The notes: a model not told the origin generated them from the sequence alone. Positions 1-14,100 are shown, numbered from the stretch's first letter. The stretch is DNA of 64,000 nt from Schizosaccharomyces osmophilus (GCF_027921745.1 NC_079238.1:3286001-3350000); one strand, 5' to 3'. Translations and numbers: made by a program.

Positions 1-2052
1 ATGGTTTACGGCACTAAAATCAAGAATAATAGCTCGAAGAAGAGGTCGTCTATCTTCAATTTTAACGCCTTTCTTTTGTTTTTTTGGTGGAGGATCATTC
101 CAAGCTCTATCCTGCTTTTTCTTGATTTGAGTGCTTTTTCCTCGTCGTGTAGCGTCTTTCGCCTTTGAAGTAAGCATCGAATTGACGTGTTGAGCATTTG
201 GGTAAGTAAAGCTTTCCTGTAAGCGAAATATTAACACTCCAGGAGGAGGGTCACGAATAACCAAATTCGGATTAACGCCTTGCTGGTCAAGTGGCACATA
301 AATATCACGGATAACACCAACATCGTCACCACCAAGACTCTTATTTGCTATTTTCAGGGTTCCCAAAAATGAACCTGAAGGCTTGGCAATACGGAACAGC
401 AATAAAGCAGCAGATAAGCAAACAGCCGTATAAATACCATTTTCAATGGACGAAAAAACAGATACTAAAACAGATGCTAAAAAAATTATAGCTTCAAGGG
501 GCTGCATACGCCAAAAGAGGACCAACTGGCGCCAGGGAAGAATTAGATCAAAGACAGAATGGATAATTACAGCTGATAAAACAGCATTTGGGATATAATA
601 AAATGCTCCGGTGAGACAGTATAAAGCTAAAATTACAACTGCAGCCGTAAAGATTCCAGCTAATGGGGTGCGCACACCCGATTTAGCTTTGATTGCGGAA
701 CGAGAAAAGGAGCCAGTTGCTGGGTATGCGTTAAAAAAAACACCAATTAAATTCGTAACACCCATTGCAATAAGTTCCTGGTCGGGGATAACTTTGTAAT
801 CATTAACACGACCAAAAGACTTAGCGATTGAGATATGCTCCAGAAGTAAGACAATTACCGACACTGGTAACTCAGAAACCATATCAGCACAAAGCTTTTT
901 AGTTACTGTTGGAACACCAACATGTTGGAAGCCTCTGGGAACGGTGAGCAAAATTGAAATGGGGGGATTCTCTCGGCGACCTTTGCACACACCGTAAGAG
1001 ATAGCAGTACCTATTATAATGATAACTGCACTACGCAAAACATTAACCAAAAAGAACACTCGCTGACCTCTTGGATAACGGCGAGTCAAAAATTGGCATG
1101 AGTAGCGAATTACGTACAATATGAACAAACTAACAAGTCCAAAAGCAGCATCTACCTTAGTATGAGGCAGGTTTTTTAGGGTACCAATGATGATACGGTA
1201 TGTTGCGCCGTGTGTGCTCACAAGTTTTTTATAACCCATCAATGAGGGAACTTGTCCTGAAATAATATTTAGTGCGGAGCCAGTTGTAAAGCCAGCAACA
1301 GCGGGGATAGGAATAAATTCAATAACAAAACCGAGACGCAACAAGCCGATAGCACAGGTGATTGCTCCTGCTAAAAGAGCTAGACAACTACCTATTTGAG
1401 GAGCTGTATACGTGGGATCTTTGGCGGATACGTTTTTGATAACTTCTGAAGTGACTAAACTCATGACAGCCACGGGACCAATTGAAACATCTTTGGAAGT
1501 GGCAAAGAAACAATAGATGGCAACACCAACAAACGAAGAGTAAAGACCATATTCAGCAGGGAGACCGGCGACCTTAGCATAAGACATACCTTGGGGGACA
1601 ACGATGCAGCCTACAGTTATACCAGCAATTAAATCAAAAATCAGCCAATGGAAATTGTAATTGGGAAGCCATTGAATGATGGGAAAAAGGGATTTCACAT
1701 AGTTAAGAGATCGACTTCCAAGGTTATCGGTGACATGTGAGCGAAGCCAGCCAAGGACAGTGGGGAGTTGCTCCTCATATTCGCCATACGTGAGCTCGAC
1801 ATTTCTATCGTTGGATGAGTAGGAGTAAGAGCTGTTGTTTGGTTGATTTAATACAGTGTGACGAACCACACGAACTGTGGGACCCTTTTTGCTTGAAGGA
1901 GAAGGCTCATCTTCGTTGGGACGAGCGGTTTCGGGAGGATATGCAATTCCTCCGTGTAAAGGTTGAGCATTTGTATTTGGGTCGGGAGCATTACTCTGAG
2001 GGATGTCCACAGGTTCGGTAAAATATTGACGAAGGCGCGAAAGCAACTTCAT
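1..2052 (-). CDS. SulP/SLC26 sulfate transporter, 3' end runs off window start (positional orthologue of S. pombe SPBC3H7.02)
   Basis: Not in the ORF track because it has no stop in the window. Hand translation from ATG 2052 gives MKLLSRLRQYF...LFPIIQWLPNYNFHWLIFDLIAGITVGCIVVPQGMSYAKVAGLPAEYGLYSSFVG (SulP signature); the same frame ends at base 1 with STAS-domain RAIILDFSAVNH. Confidence 0.93.
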   Translation of the reverse strand, partial: MKLLSRLRQYFTEPVDIPQSNAPDPNTNAQPLHGGIAYPPETARPNEDEPSPSSKKGPTVRVVRHTVLNQPNNSSYSYSSNDRNVELTYGEYEEQLPTVLGWLRSHVTDNLGSRSLNYVKSLFPIIQWLPNYNFHWLIFDLIAGITVGCIVVPQGMSYAKVAGLPAEYGLYSSFVGVAIYCFFATSKDVSIGPVAVMSLVTSEVIKNVSAKDPTYTAPQIGSCLALLAGAITCAIGLLRLGFVIEFIPIPAVAGFTTGSALNIISGQVPSLMGYKKLVSTHGATYRIIIGTLKNLPHTKVDAAFGLVSLFILYVIRYSCQFLTRRYPRGQRVFFLVNVLRSAVIIIIGTAISYGVCKGRRENPPISILLTVPRGFQHVGVPTVTKKLCADMVSELPVSVIVLLLEHISIAKSFGRVNDYKVIPDQELIAMGVTNLIGVFFNAYPATGSFSRSAIKAKSGVRTPLAGIFTAAVVILALYCLTGAFYYIPNAVLSAVIIHSVFDLILPWRQLVLFWRMQPLEAIIFLASVLVSVFSSIENGIYTAVCLSAALLLFRIAKPSGSFLGTLKIANKSLGGDDVGVIRDIYVPLDQQGVNPNLVIRDPPPGVLIFRLQESFTYPNAQHVNSMLTSKAKDATRRGKSTQIKKKQDRAWNDPPPKKQKKGVKIEDRRPLLRAIILDFSAVNH

Positions 2053-3646
2053 GATTATTAATTAAAATGAAAGGTTTCCTGGTTTTGACGTAGTACAAAC
2101 AAGGGGAAAAAATTAAAAAAAGTCTGAAACGATGCGAAGTAGCGTTAAAAATATAAGGTAAAATTGGGGGTGAATGGTAATAAAGAAAAATGAAAATGAG
2201 AAAAGTGAATAAGAACAAGGATGCAGGAAAACGAAAGTGAGAAGGGGAGAAAAGTGAAAGAGGAATATGTAGGAACCTGTTGAATCCTTCAAGTTTTCGA
2301 ATGCTTGTTGAATGGGTGATTCAACAATTTTTAGACGACGCTAGCGAACCTAACTCTCGTATAGAAAGATATTAGGAAGGCAAAAGCTAAGGGGTATAAG
2401 AATTAAGCAATTCCAACGTTCATATAACGATTTGTGCAGTGAAAATTTGGCGGGAAAGATTCGCCAACGGAAAGTTTCGACGCGAATTAAATGGAAGGGA
2501 ATAGCCGGCAATCTTTTAAAAGCTTTTTTTTTTTAGAAAACAGAAAACAAAAAGAAAATACAGAAGAAACCAGTTGCGAAATTTTCTTTCAAGAACCAAA
2601 TGAAGTAGCACGGAATTCGCAAGAGACAAAACTTTTAAACTCAAAAAAAAATGCGCCAACGATCAAGCGATTCTGCGACAAATACCCCGTACTTGTCAGA
2701 AGGATCCACGAAAAACAGCACTTTATATAGCCGTTATAGTACCTTACTGAACCAAGAGGTTGGTAGAGAGCGAAAATATTTTCAGAGCGATGGGTATGTT
2801 ATATGGAGAAGTTGGACTTTTTATGATTTCACTTGAGTTACGAATCCTCCTCAGCGATGGTGCAATCGCGCTCTCAATAATCGAACGGGATCATTTTCAT
2901 GTGGTACCGTGTGGGGGTCTTGATTGCGCAAACAAGTAGATATAGGTGGAAATCTTGATGGGAAAGGATGTGGCGCGAGAAGGGAAGGTCAGAAGACTCT
3001 GACTGATAAAAAAAAGAATAAATAAATAGAAAAAAAAATCAGAAATAAATAAAAGAAAATACAGAAAATACAATGAAATGAACATTTTGTTGTGAGACTT
3101 GATTTTGACCTTGGTTTTGAATCGTCTTCAAAAAACTACGACGGCCGCATTGTTTACATAGATGCAATGGGATTACTGCTACCCCAGCAGTGGAAGAAAT
3201 GGAAATTGCATGCTCTTGGTGAGATTGGCACATTAATTTCAATTTGTAGTGGTTTATCAGGGACATCATTGCTGTAGGATTTGCACTGCGAAATAAAAAA
3301 AAAATAAAAAAAAAAAGTGAAAAAGAAGGAAGTTTATCATAGGAAGATTTAATTCCCAGCGTTGAGAAAAGAATGCTTCAGATTGCATGGATCATGTACT
3401 TCTACATTGCATTGCAGCTGGAAACATGGATGCAAAAGTTGGACAGGTTCGTTTGGATAAACGAAAGCTCAAGAAAGAAACGAAATAGAGAACCAATTCA
3501 GAGTTTCTTGCAACTGTGCGTTTGAATGAGAAACGAATTTTATAGAAAAGATATATGTGATCTAATCTAGAATGAAGAATAGTCCTTTTTTTTCTATTAC
3601 TTGGATCAAAGCCTGGGGATAAAGGATGCCCAAGCTCAATTTTGTT

Positions 3647-5103
3647 TTACACAGAGGAATTTCTAATCGTGCACCTAGAAATAAAATCTAATAAGAGTTG
3701 GAAGAAGCAATAGATGGCGTGCATCCTTCTGCCTGGAAAGAGGTGATGCATGTAAAAGTAAAAAACACCAATGATAAATGGTAGCATGAGAGAAAAACGA
3801 ATCAGCAGTCCAGGGTCTTCAAGCTTTACAGTACTTAATTGTTTATATTTGCCAGAGTAATGGATGCACAACTGTCCATCAGCAGAAACGCTGGCAAGGA
3901 TCTCAGAGTCCGGGGATAGTCTCATGTCGGTAATCGGAAGGTGATGTACAGTATTACTGGAAAGTGTCTAAAAATATGTTAGCGGCTTACATCAAACGTT
4001 TCAAAATCACTGCTCACTTACAGTCAAATTCAATGTCATAAAGCGCACTTTGCAATCAGCAGTCGCTACAATAATCATCCCACTCGAAGGATCCATGCAA
4101 AACTTGGTCACTCCTTTTGCATTGCGTAGCGTCTTCATAGAAGCAAATACCCACGATTGTTCCATTGGAGAATAGTCAAACCTGACCAAACCTGTATAAC
4201 GCTGACCATTTCTAATATTATAATAGGCCGCGACAATATTCTGTTCGTTTAGCATCCCTATGCCTCGAACGACCGCATTTTCTTCTGGCATATACAAAAC
4301 TTGTACTAGTTGAAACGATTTCCAGTCGTAAATTTCTACCCGATCGTCTACTGCAAGTGCAAACTATCAATATGTCAGCAATGTCAATGGAAACCGTGCT
4401 TAAAACCCAAGTTTTGAATCTTACCTTGTTTTCACCAAAATCAACATCATACACTGTACAGTCTTCCTTTTCAAACAATATACTGCAATCGCTATCAGAG
4501 ATTACAAAAAACTTTTGGTTTGTGCAGGAAACATAGATAACCGAATGATGGGAATCGTATTTACACAGTCGTTGGTATTGAATATCATTGCTGAATTCGG
4601 TAAGTAGGAATTGTTGTGTTTCCTCATAATTTTTTGATGATCCATCTTTGCTTTCAAACACTCTGAAATGTTTGTTTTTACTTCCCTCCGGCGAGCTATT
4701 AATTCCTGCGATTAAAGTCTAAACCAGTAGATGATTAGTGTCGTAAATCAAATAATTAATACCCACATTGTGAAAATAATCTAATGACATGACCGCATCG
4801 TCGTTGGACCCAAGCTCTATATCCTTTTCTAGTTCAATTTTGGTAAGGCCTTCGCCGGTTTCAGGTTCTGTCTCATCATACAATATCAATTGCTAAATAT
4901 CAGTTAATAGACATTGCGAAAAACCTTTCAACAATTTTCTGTAACAAGAACGTTCAATGTTACATTTATAACGCGCAAGGTCATACCAATTTGTTTTTGA
5001 TTCCTGATTTCGTAGTACCGCCTCCTCCACCAACAGCGAGCAAGTTTTTATTCATCCAGCATACGGCATATGCTGGAAAGGACAACTGTTTTAATTGACT
5101 CAT
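3647..5103 (-). CDS. spo14: Sec12-like WD40 Sar1 GEF, multi-exon
   Basis: Exon 1 MSQLKQLSFPAYAVCWMNKNLLAVGGGGTTKSGIKNKL (Sec12 K-loop) then GTATGA donor; later exons include HLPITDMRLSPDSEILASVSADG and a C-terminal hydrophobic segment. Internal exon and 3' boundaries approximate. Confidence 0.85.
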
Positions 5104-6897
5104 TGTTCACACCAATCCGATATCCTCAAACGTTTTTGGAATGCAGTAAAATATATGTATATCTTACCCGAAGAAACAGAAAAGTTTCTCGTATATCTTC
5201 TAACAAAACGAAATAAATAATTCAATTTCTTTCAAATGAAGAATCGCCGTGACGTGAACAAGATGTTTCGTGTCTTGTATGTTGTTAATAGTAATGCACC
5301 AGATCCTCGAATGTTACTTTATTGTACCCTAAGAGATGCTAGCAGTTATTGTTAAGAAATACGTTTTCGTTACAACTTTCATGAAAATGACACTTAGACA
5401 CTAAAAAACCAAAAAGTGAATTCCATTCTTCTATTAGACTTGATTTTAATGGCATTGCTAGTGGTTTTTCGGTGGTTGCAACTATTAATTCGCATTTGAA
5501 ACTGTTTGACTTGGCAGGTTTCGAAGCAATTGAACTTGTTTACTGAAATCACAATTCATAGAAGTCTATAATCTAGTTGCATTGCGAAAAAATGTGTTTT
5601 CATGAAATTCTCTGGTTGTTACTTAAGCTATCATTTTGAATTTTTTTGTGAATGATTATGTTATGAGTTAACATTCGTGCAATTACATATTCTCAACACT
5701 TGAACGAAATTTGGAGTCATACAATAAATAATGAATAAAAAAGTAAGCACGGTCTCAAATGAAAAAATAAATAGACCTTCATATACTACACTCTAAACGA
5801 CTGAGTTCTTTGAAGGTTTACCAATACTTTGTTGTGATACACTTGTTTTTTACCTGGTATCACAGCAAATTACTCTGTAGAATATGACAAAAGTACGCTG
5901 AATACAACAGCAATTGCTTTTCGCATTATTATATGTAGCTTTTAATTATTTTTAAAAATCTGGAAGAATATATGTTTAGTAACAGTCTGATGTTACTAAT
6001 GAGTAAGTTATCAAACAAGTCAATGAGCTCTGCTAAAAAATCTTCCCAACTGAGGATTTTGTCTAGTAATAGTGGGTTCTTATATAGTAAAGTTATAAAA
6101 AAGAATTTTAATACAAATGAACTCGTTTCAATGAATATTCTTTATTGAAATAATCAGTTGTTTCTTTGTTTTTATTTACGTTAGTACACATTTATATACC
6201 AGATAGTATTATAAATATAAGACTATGTAATGTAATATTAGAGATTTCACTGACAAGTGGTGTATGGATTCTGTGGTGAACAGGTAAACCCTTCTTCATA
6301 AGATAACCCTCTCTTAATAGACTAACTATGGAACAGCGGGAATTAAGTTTAAGTGCGCTTAAACACTTATTTGTAGCTTTTTCTGTTTCAGGACTATTTA
6401 ATAGATGTGGGTACTAAACATTGGCACTTTTGGCTGTTATTCTGATTCCACTCACCCCAAGAGGGCATGTATCTACTACTTTTCAAGGGAAAAAATACAA
6501 ATTCAGATTTTGATTGCAATCATCTGCTAATGAAACAGGACCAGTATTTGTTTTTGTCAGAGGTACCATATTACTCCAAATCATTTCACAATGATAATAC
6601 TATCCAGTATATTATCTTATATACACGGAATCTTCTGCCGCACAGACAATAATGTCAAAAACACTTTTAATATTTGGTAATATTACGATATATCAATTTA
6701 GTGAGTGAACGAACGTACTACGGTTTGAAACACCTTGCTTATAACCTCTTGTTTTCAGAACCAAAATTTAACATATTGGAAGCTCGTTTGGCATAGGATG
6801 TTTACTATATAGATTCTCTTATATCAATTTTTGAGAAGTTGTTTACTTTTGGAATACATTCGTTCATTTACCGTACTTCTTCGTTAAAATCAAGATT

Positions 6898-7958
6898 ATG
6901 GCAGAGGACCGGTTTCGTCAATCGAGTCATTTCCGTGATTGGATTTTTACGGAAGAGGGATTACAGAAAAGAAGGATAGATGTTAATCAAGAATTTACAA
7001 AAGTTGTTCGTCAGCGACTTTTAGAAGACTTAGCTCTCCAAAATAAAGATGCTTCAGACAACGATTTGCCCCCTACTCTAGATCAAAACGAAGAAATGGA
7101 GCTGGTTAATTACTATGCATGCCAGTTAAATGCTCTTTCGTCGACAATGTCTTTGCCTACTCACATTCGTGTATGTGCATCAAGACCTAGTTGCTTAAAC
7201 TAACTTTTGTAGGCTACAGCCACGCTTTTCTTTAAGAGGTTTTATCTGACCAGTTCTGTTATGGAATATAACCCAAAAATTATTTCGTATGTTTGCTCCA
7301 TTACTCGTACAAAACTAACTGTTATCGAAAACGCAGATTTACATCATTATACCTAGCAACAAAAACGAATGACCATTATCTACCAATCGAGCATTTCTGT
7401 AAAAATCTTCCAAAAACTACACCCGATCAAGTTCTGGAGTATGAATTCAATGTCTGCCAAGCTTTGAATTGGGATTTGTTTATATGGCTTCCTTTCCGAC
7501 CGCTTCAAGGTTTCCTCTTGGACTTTCAGGTTGCTATTCCTGAAACTCCAGTGGAAACCTTATTTGAATGCCATGACCAGACTAAAAGGTTTCTGGTCGA
7601 AACATTACACTCAGACATGTATTTTTATCATTCTCCAAGTATCATTGCGCTATCTGGAATTTACCATACAAATCCTTCTCTTTGTATCAATTATTTACAA
7701 GCGAAATCCATCAACTCGACGCATGATTTGATTGTTTCTATCTCTAGCGCGCTTGATTCCACCAAAAATGCAAGGTTGGATCGAGAAAAAGCTAAAGACT
7801 GTGGAAAAAAACTTTACTTTTGTATGGATCCCTTAAAAAAAAAGAACAGCTCTTTATATCTAAAACGGAAGGCCATGGAGGAAGAAACTTCATTAGGTAA
7901 TAAGAAACAGAAATTGAGTAATTCAACCGATCAGCTAGACGTGAATCCTTTTGCATAA
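6898..7958 (+). CDS. mcs2: Cyclin H of TFIIH/CAK; introns 7171-7212 and 7287-7336
   Basis: FRQSSHFRDWIFT N-terminus; spliced ATATLFFKRFYLTSSVMEYNPK cyclin box; canonical GTATGT...AG introns. Confidence 0.93.
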
Positions 7959-8167
7959 TATCATTTCATTGTTATCAAAATTATGACTATATAACGTTCA
8001 GAATCATCAATTGACTAGTCTATAGAACTATTCCATGATTCTTTTCTAAAGGAATTGAGTTCGTATAATTTCATTTCCTTCAACTTTTATTTTATTTATT
8101 TATTTTTTTTTTTGTGAACCATTAATCCAAAATTAAGTACATCAAATACTTCAAAAAAAAAAGTCGA

Positions 8168-11100
8168 TTAAATCCACGGAGCCCACAGTACATCCATTTG
8201 GGCCAAAACTTTAGCACTTGAAGCCTGGGTCAAATAGTCAATAGCGGTTTGATTGACGGGTAAATTACCAAAAGCTACCTGACTTAATGACGCTACTCTG
8301 CGAACAATAAGGTCGGAATTGCTGATTACTTTCTCCCTAAAATCAAACCCAGCAGTTTGGGGCTTATTGTGTTGATTTATCCACCATTGCACATCATCCG
8401 CGACAAAGATGCCTAGTATCATATTCAAATCAAAACCTGGTTTGGATAAGGCACGAGCAATAGCCATTATTGATGGACCCAGTAAACCATCCCTACACGT
8501 TCTTCCAATAAACTCGCTAATGTTTGGTGTAAACCTAAAGGGAACCACTTCCCCATTGTGATACACAGGAGACGAAGAAATCATTGCAGGCAAAGCTTCG
8601 CTAGTCCACACACTGCCCGATTTCTTAGAAAAGTATATTTTGCTGGGAACCCGGTTATTAATACTCAATATATACGTCAAAAAGCTAAAGCAAGCATATT
8701 GATAAGAGAAACTCTTCCTGAAAAGCCAGAAATCAGAGAAATTCGTAAAAGTGTTGCTAAAATAATCCTTTAACATGGTAGAAGGAACAAATAGTTTTTG
8801 GATTTCTTCATAAATCGTGAATCGTTTCGTGAACAGTTCCTTTTTTGTAGCTTGTTTTTCACTTTCATTAGACTCGGAAGTAAATCGCGATGCTGCGTTT
8901 TGCATCCACTTTGACAACTCATCGGTAAAAGCATTTGCAGGTTCATCTTTTGAAAATTTCTTCATGTCACTATACTCTTCATAAACTCTCTGTAATGACA
9001 CAGAAGATGGCTGATCTTGTAACAGTCGTATATGAGACGATAGTGGTACTGCCGCAGGTACATAAAAATTCAGACAACGACGTCTTGTTTCTGTGTTGGC
9101 GTTTAATGCATCATTTAAATACCTGGTGAATTGCATGATGCGTTCTTCACGTCGACAATTCCTACCCGAAGGATACTGGACTACGAAAGAATGTAGTTTT
9201 CCACCATTGTCACGAACAATGATTTTTCGGTAGCAAACTCCGTGTCCGACAACGAATTCAACCTCCGGTGAAAACCGTTCGATGCATGAAAAGTTGTTGT
9301 TGTTGTCTTTGTGTAACAGATATTGGCCAAAAACTTCAATTTCATCAAATTTCTGATGGTGAAATTCACAAAGGAAGGAACTATAATGCTCCAAATATTG
9401 CTTTTTAGGGGCTTTACCAAGAAGACGTTCAAAATATGATCTCCATTTTCTCAGTTGTCTAATATATGCTTTCAACCCCATTGGAGTGTCAATAAATTCT
9501 CGCCTAAACTTTTCCTTATATGGTGTTGGTAAAATATTATCCACAAATAAACTTAAGTTCGATTCCGTTGAAGATGGACGTCTAGTTTCTTCTGTCAATA
9601 TCCCGGACCGAATACTATGCTGCATAGCATCGTTTAACAAAGCAATTATAAGTCGAAATGCATCCTCATCATTCTCACCTTTAAAACGAGTTTGAATTTG
9701 ATCAACCAAGGTTTCCATAGTTAAAGCCATCAATGGATAAGCCGTTTTTAAAATCGACATTATCTCATCAGCATAATCCCAAGAAGGCTTTGCGGGAAAA
9801 TCCTCTGTTGTCTCTGACTTAACTGCTTGTTGTTCCTGGCTTGTAGTTTCAGCCCGTTTCAACTGAAATAGCTCTTCTCTAGCAGTCCGCAAAAGGAAAA
9901 ATAATGCTTGTGGATAAGACTTGGCTACTTTCTTTAAAACCTGTGGTGCGACTCGCTTATCGTTTTTGGCAAGGTTATTAAGAAGCTGCGGAATAAACGT
10001 AAGCCAGTGCCATCCTGGGATTTCGCCTTTGTAAGATTCATAACTCTTTGTTATCAATTTTTCTTCGTTATCCAAACTCAAAATCCATAATACTCTAACT
10101 AACATCTTTCTAGCATGATAAGTTTCATAAGTACCAGCGGCTTGAAGATAACAGCTTACTGCGTTGCAAGCAGCACTGATGTTTTCTGGTGATTTCCGGA
10201 AATTAAGATCGTTATATCGACCCCATTCTGCCCATGCTTCCGATAAGCCCAAATCAACCTGAACAGCTGCAGCGTAAGTTTGGTTAGCTTCATCATCTCT
10301 ACCCAACTTTTCCAAAAACTTTCCTTTTAAGGAGTAAAATTCGGACTTTTGACGAGAATTAAAATACATAAGATTTGTATTTGATACTATATCCAGTCCA
10401 GCCTTTAGTTCTTTTGGATTTTGCAGATAACAAAGGACCTGCTCCCGGAGTTTATAAAATGCTTCCTGAATTTCAATGTTAGGTAACGAATAAATTTTAG
10501 TAAGTTGATTCAAGCAAACGGAAGGAAGCTTATGTTTGCGGGCAACGTGAGCGAATCGATTTATCAGCCAAGCTGTTTCATGGTAGCCGCGAAAGAAAAA
10601 CGAGGTATTAGAAGACGACGAAGGGTCATTGCCAGTGGATTGAACCTTCGGAATCAAAGGAAGATAAATTCGGTTAACCATTGAAAAAATTATTTGTCGC
10701 CAAGATAAAAGATCTCTCCAAAGACCAATATCATCCCAAACATTTGGTAAACGTTCTTGCCATACCTGTAAGGCGCTTTTTATACATTGAACATTCGTAG
10801 GAAGATTTTGAGAGTTTATAGAACTTAAATACGAGTATATATTAGAAGCCTCCTGTAATTCGACGAATTGTTGAAACAAATGTAAAAGAGGAAAGTGCGA
10901 TTGATTTATTTTTTCAGGAAGTTGATGCCATTTTAACAAAGCTAAGTGTATAGCTTCAGCTAGAGTCTGATGAAATTCTTTCACAGACGTCGGTTGATTT
11001 AAGGATTTTTGCAAGGTCATAAATGACTGAAATGTTAGTTTTCGGGGAGTAGGAATATCAGAAAGACTTTTGATGGCGACTTCTAAAGATTCTCGGTTGC

Positions 11101-14100
11101 TAGACCAGTCACTAATTCTCCAGGCACATTCCAACAATAACTCTGATGAACCTTCATGCTTTGCCAACTCCGTTAAAACATCCCACTGCTGTAGTTTTTG
11201 AGCACATAATACCCAATGATCTTCCCAAAGATTGTACTCGGACTCAGAAAAAGGGAACGCTTCACTTCTCGCTTTGGTCTGTGCCTGCTCGTACAACTGC
11301 TGAGCTCTTCCCCACATACCGAGTTGCTCATAAGACAAAGCAACTTGTGTTTGCAAATATTTTGAGGTTCGCCGACAATGCCCATAAAACATATCCTCTT
11401 CACTTAAGGAAGCATACAATTCAGATATGGCATCATTTCGACTTTCCTGAATTTTTATGCTCTGGTAAAGATCCTCTGAATTTTCCAGCTGACCTTCCAA
11501 AAATATAATGGCATCGTGATATATACCATAAAGTTTTCCTAAATACTTGACGAGATGTGGAGGTAATTCAATTTTTGGTGAGCAATTGCAAAACGACGAA
11601 ACGAGTGTCCCGATAACGTTCGGACGATTATTGACTTGCTTAATATGGAATTCACGTGTGAGTAAATAAATTAAAGATTTTGACAAATCATCACGATCAT
11701 AACCATCTAGTGTGGACCAAGCCAGAGGAAAAACCTCGTTCCACAACTTACAAGCTTCCTGATCACTTAAGAGCTGTAAATGCATTAACGGAATTAGCAA
11801 TTCCGAAATTTTTAAGTCCTTGATCTGTTCAAAGAACATATTTTGTTCCCGGAATAGTTCAAGCTTGACTTGGGACTTTTCAGACTGTGATCTTTTACTG
11901 GGGTCCAAATTGATGCTCGGTATCCCGTGTGCTACATCGTCAATTGAAAGGAACCTTAGAGAGTTCTCTGACAAAATAACTTTATCATCTGTATTAATTG
12001 CACCAAGCAATATGTAGTTAGCCTGTTTGATCCAGTAAAAGTTTGGAATTGAATCCCAACTACTGGCTTCAACAATATACTTTAACCTTGAGTAAGCATT
12101 TCGTGACATGCTAGAGTCAAGAATAGTCATAAAATCTAACCTTGTTTCAAAATCACGATAGGTTGTAGCTAATAAAAATGCCTGCTTTAAACGTGCCGTC
12201 AGTTCTGTCTGAACAAAAGCAGGACCACGATAAATCGAAGATACCAAATTATTCGCTTGCTTATGCAATTCATTATTAAATCTTCCTTCATAGGTCTTCA
12301 TTTTTAATAATAATGCTGTTTTTTCCTTAACCGTGAGGAATGAATCCCTTTTTATGACTACCCATTCCTTGGTTACGTTAAGAATATGGCAGCAAAGATG
12401 ATAGCTGGCGCTTTTCTCAATTAGTTGAACTACAACACTTAAAAACCAGCGCCTTTGATCACCCAATGCAGCCATTCTAACTTTTATAATATCGATTAAT
12501 GCTACCAGCAGGTTTGCCGAATCGTTAATAGCAGGAACATTCGTCTTAACCGCTGATTGATAGGAATTTTGTAAAGAAGCAACTATATGATCCTTTGCAA
12601 TTTTTTGAAAAACTTTGTTTAATGCTGTCAACAAGGCATCTAATAATTCGGGCTGACCCTCTTGTAATATTTGCAAATAGCAAATTGTCGCTTCCACATT
12701 CGAACTATTTGAAAGATTGTCGTGCAAAAGTGATGTGAAAGATTGCTTAAACTCATCTACTTCCGTAACTTCTTCCTCATCTTCGACCACAGTTGGACGA
12801 CTTTCTAGTAAAATAATTATAGTCTTCTTAAGAGAAGATGCAATATTCAATCTTCCAGACCTCAAATTTTTGTCTATTAATTTAATTATGTTGGTATGCT
12901 CTCTTTGAACAAAATGTAAGTCTTTATGTTCCAAATATACACCCAAAACTTGCCATGAATTCGCTATGATTATAGCAGCTTTCTCATCATTATCTGTCTT
13001 AGCTAGTAATTTTTCAAAAAAATCCCAGCCAAAATTGTACTCACCCCATCTTGGAATTTTCAAAAACTGACTAAATGTTTGCAGAGCTTTTTTGGTCAAA
13101 CCGGCAGACTCGACTTGCTCCGGGAAAAAAGACAGGTATTTAATGAGAAATGATAGTACGGTTTCAATCACAGAAATGGGAAAGATAGTATCAGACGACA
13201 TGTTAGGTGTATCAGAATCAAGCAACTTTTTCTGCCATAGGTAGAGAACATTGACCAAATCTATAGCAAGAAAACGAGGTTCATGACCAGATAAGGAAAC
13301 CAGCTTGGGTAATGCATTAATAATTGGAACAACAAAATGTTTTGAGTTTTTGAAAAACAAATCAGGTGCTTTGCAAATGATTCGATAAACATTTAAAGAC
13401 TGAGAGATATTTTGCATGTCCTCGGATAAAACAAGACGCGGAAGCTTAGCCCAAAGAGGAAAAGAAGCATCAGATGGGCTTGGAAGACGGGTAACTAAAA
13501 CAGGAAGTAAACAATCCAAGGAAAAATCCAAAAATGATCGAACCTCCGATTGGTATGCTTTTAATAAGGATACGTATACAGGGGTAACAATTTTAGCAGG
13601 AGTATCATAGACAGCAATAAAGCAAGAAACGGCTGCATATGCAGCTTGTTTCACCATCGGGTCGTCTGATTTCAAATAATTCCAAGCTGACATTATAATG
13701 CTTTTTCTGTAATCATTCAGCATATTAGAATGATATTTACAAAGACCTGTAGACAAACATAGAATTTCCATTCGAAAAGAATCCGAGGTTGTTAAACTGT
13801 CGCTAACTTCGCGGACAGACAAACGCCATATATTATTATATACTGCGTGAACAACTTCCTTATCGATAAAATTATTTTCTTGAACAGCTGAAAAAATAAG
13901 AGGATTCATTACTTTTTCAAGTAAAAAAGACTTGAAAGACGGTCTTACAGATTTGTCAGCCAATATGCTTGAGCAAATAAGAAAAACGTTCTTTTTGCTA
14001 GACGCATTTCCTTCAAGTAAAGATTGACATAAAATATCAATGTATGTAGGCAAAAAATTATTTATGTCCTCCGCTTTATATCGAAAAACCTCAAGTGCAA

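Noticed and set aside
3092..3277. 61-aa plus-strand ORF between the transporter and spo14
   Set aside because: GTG start, no recognisable motif, length expected by chance.
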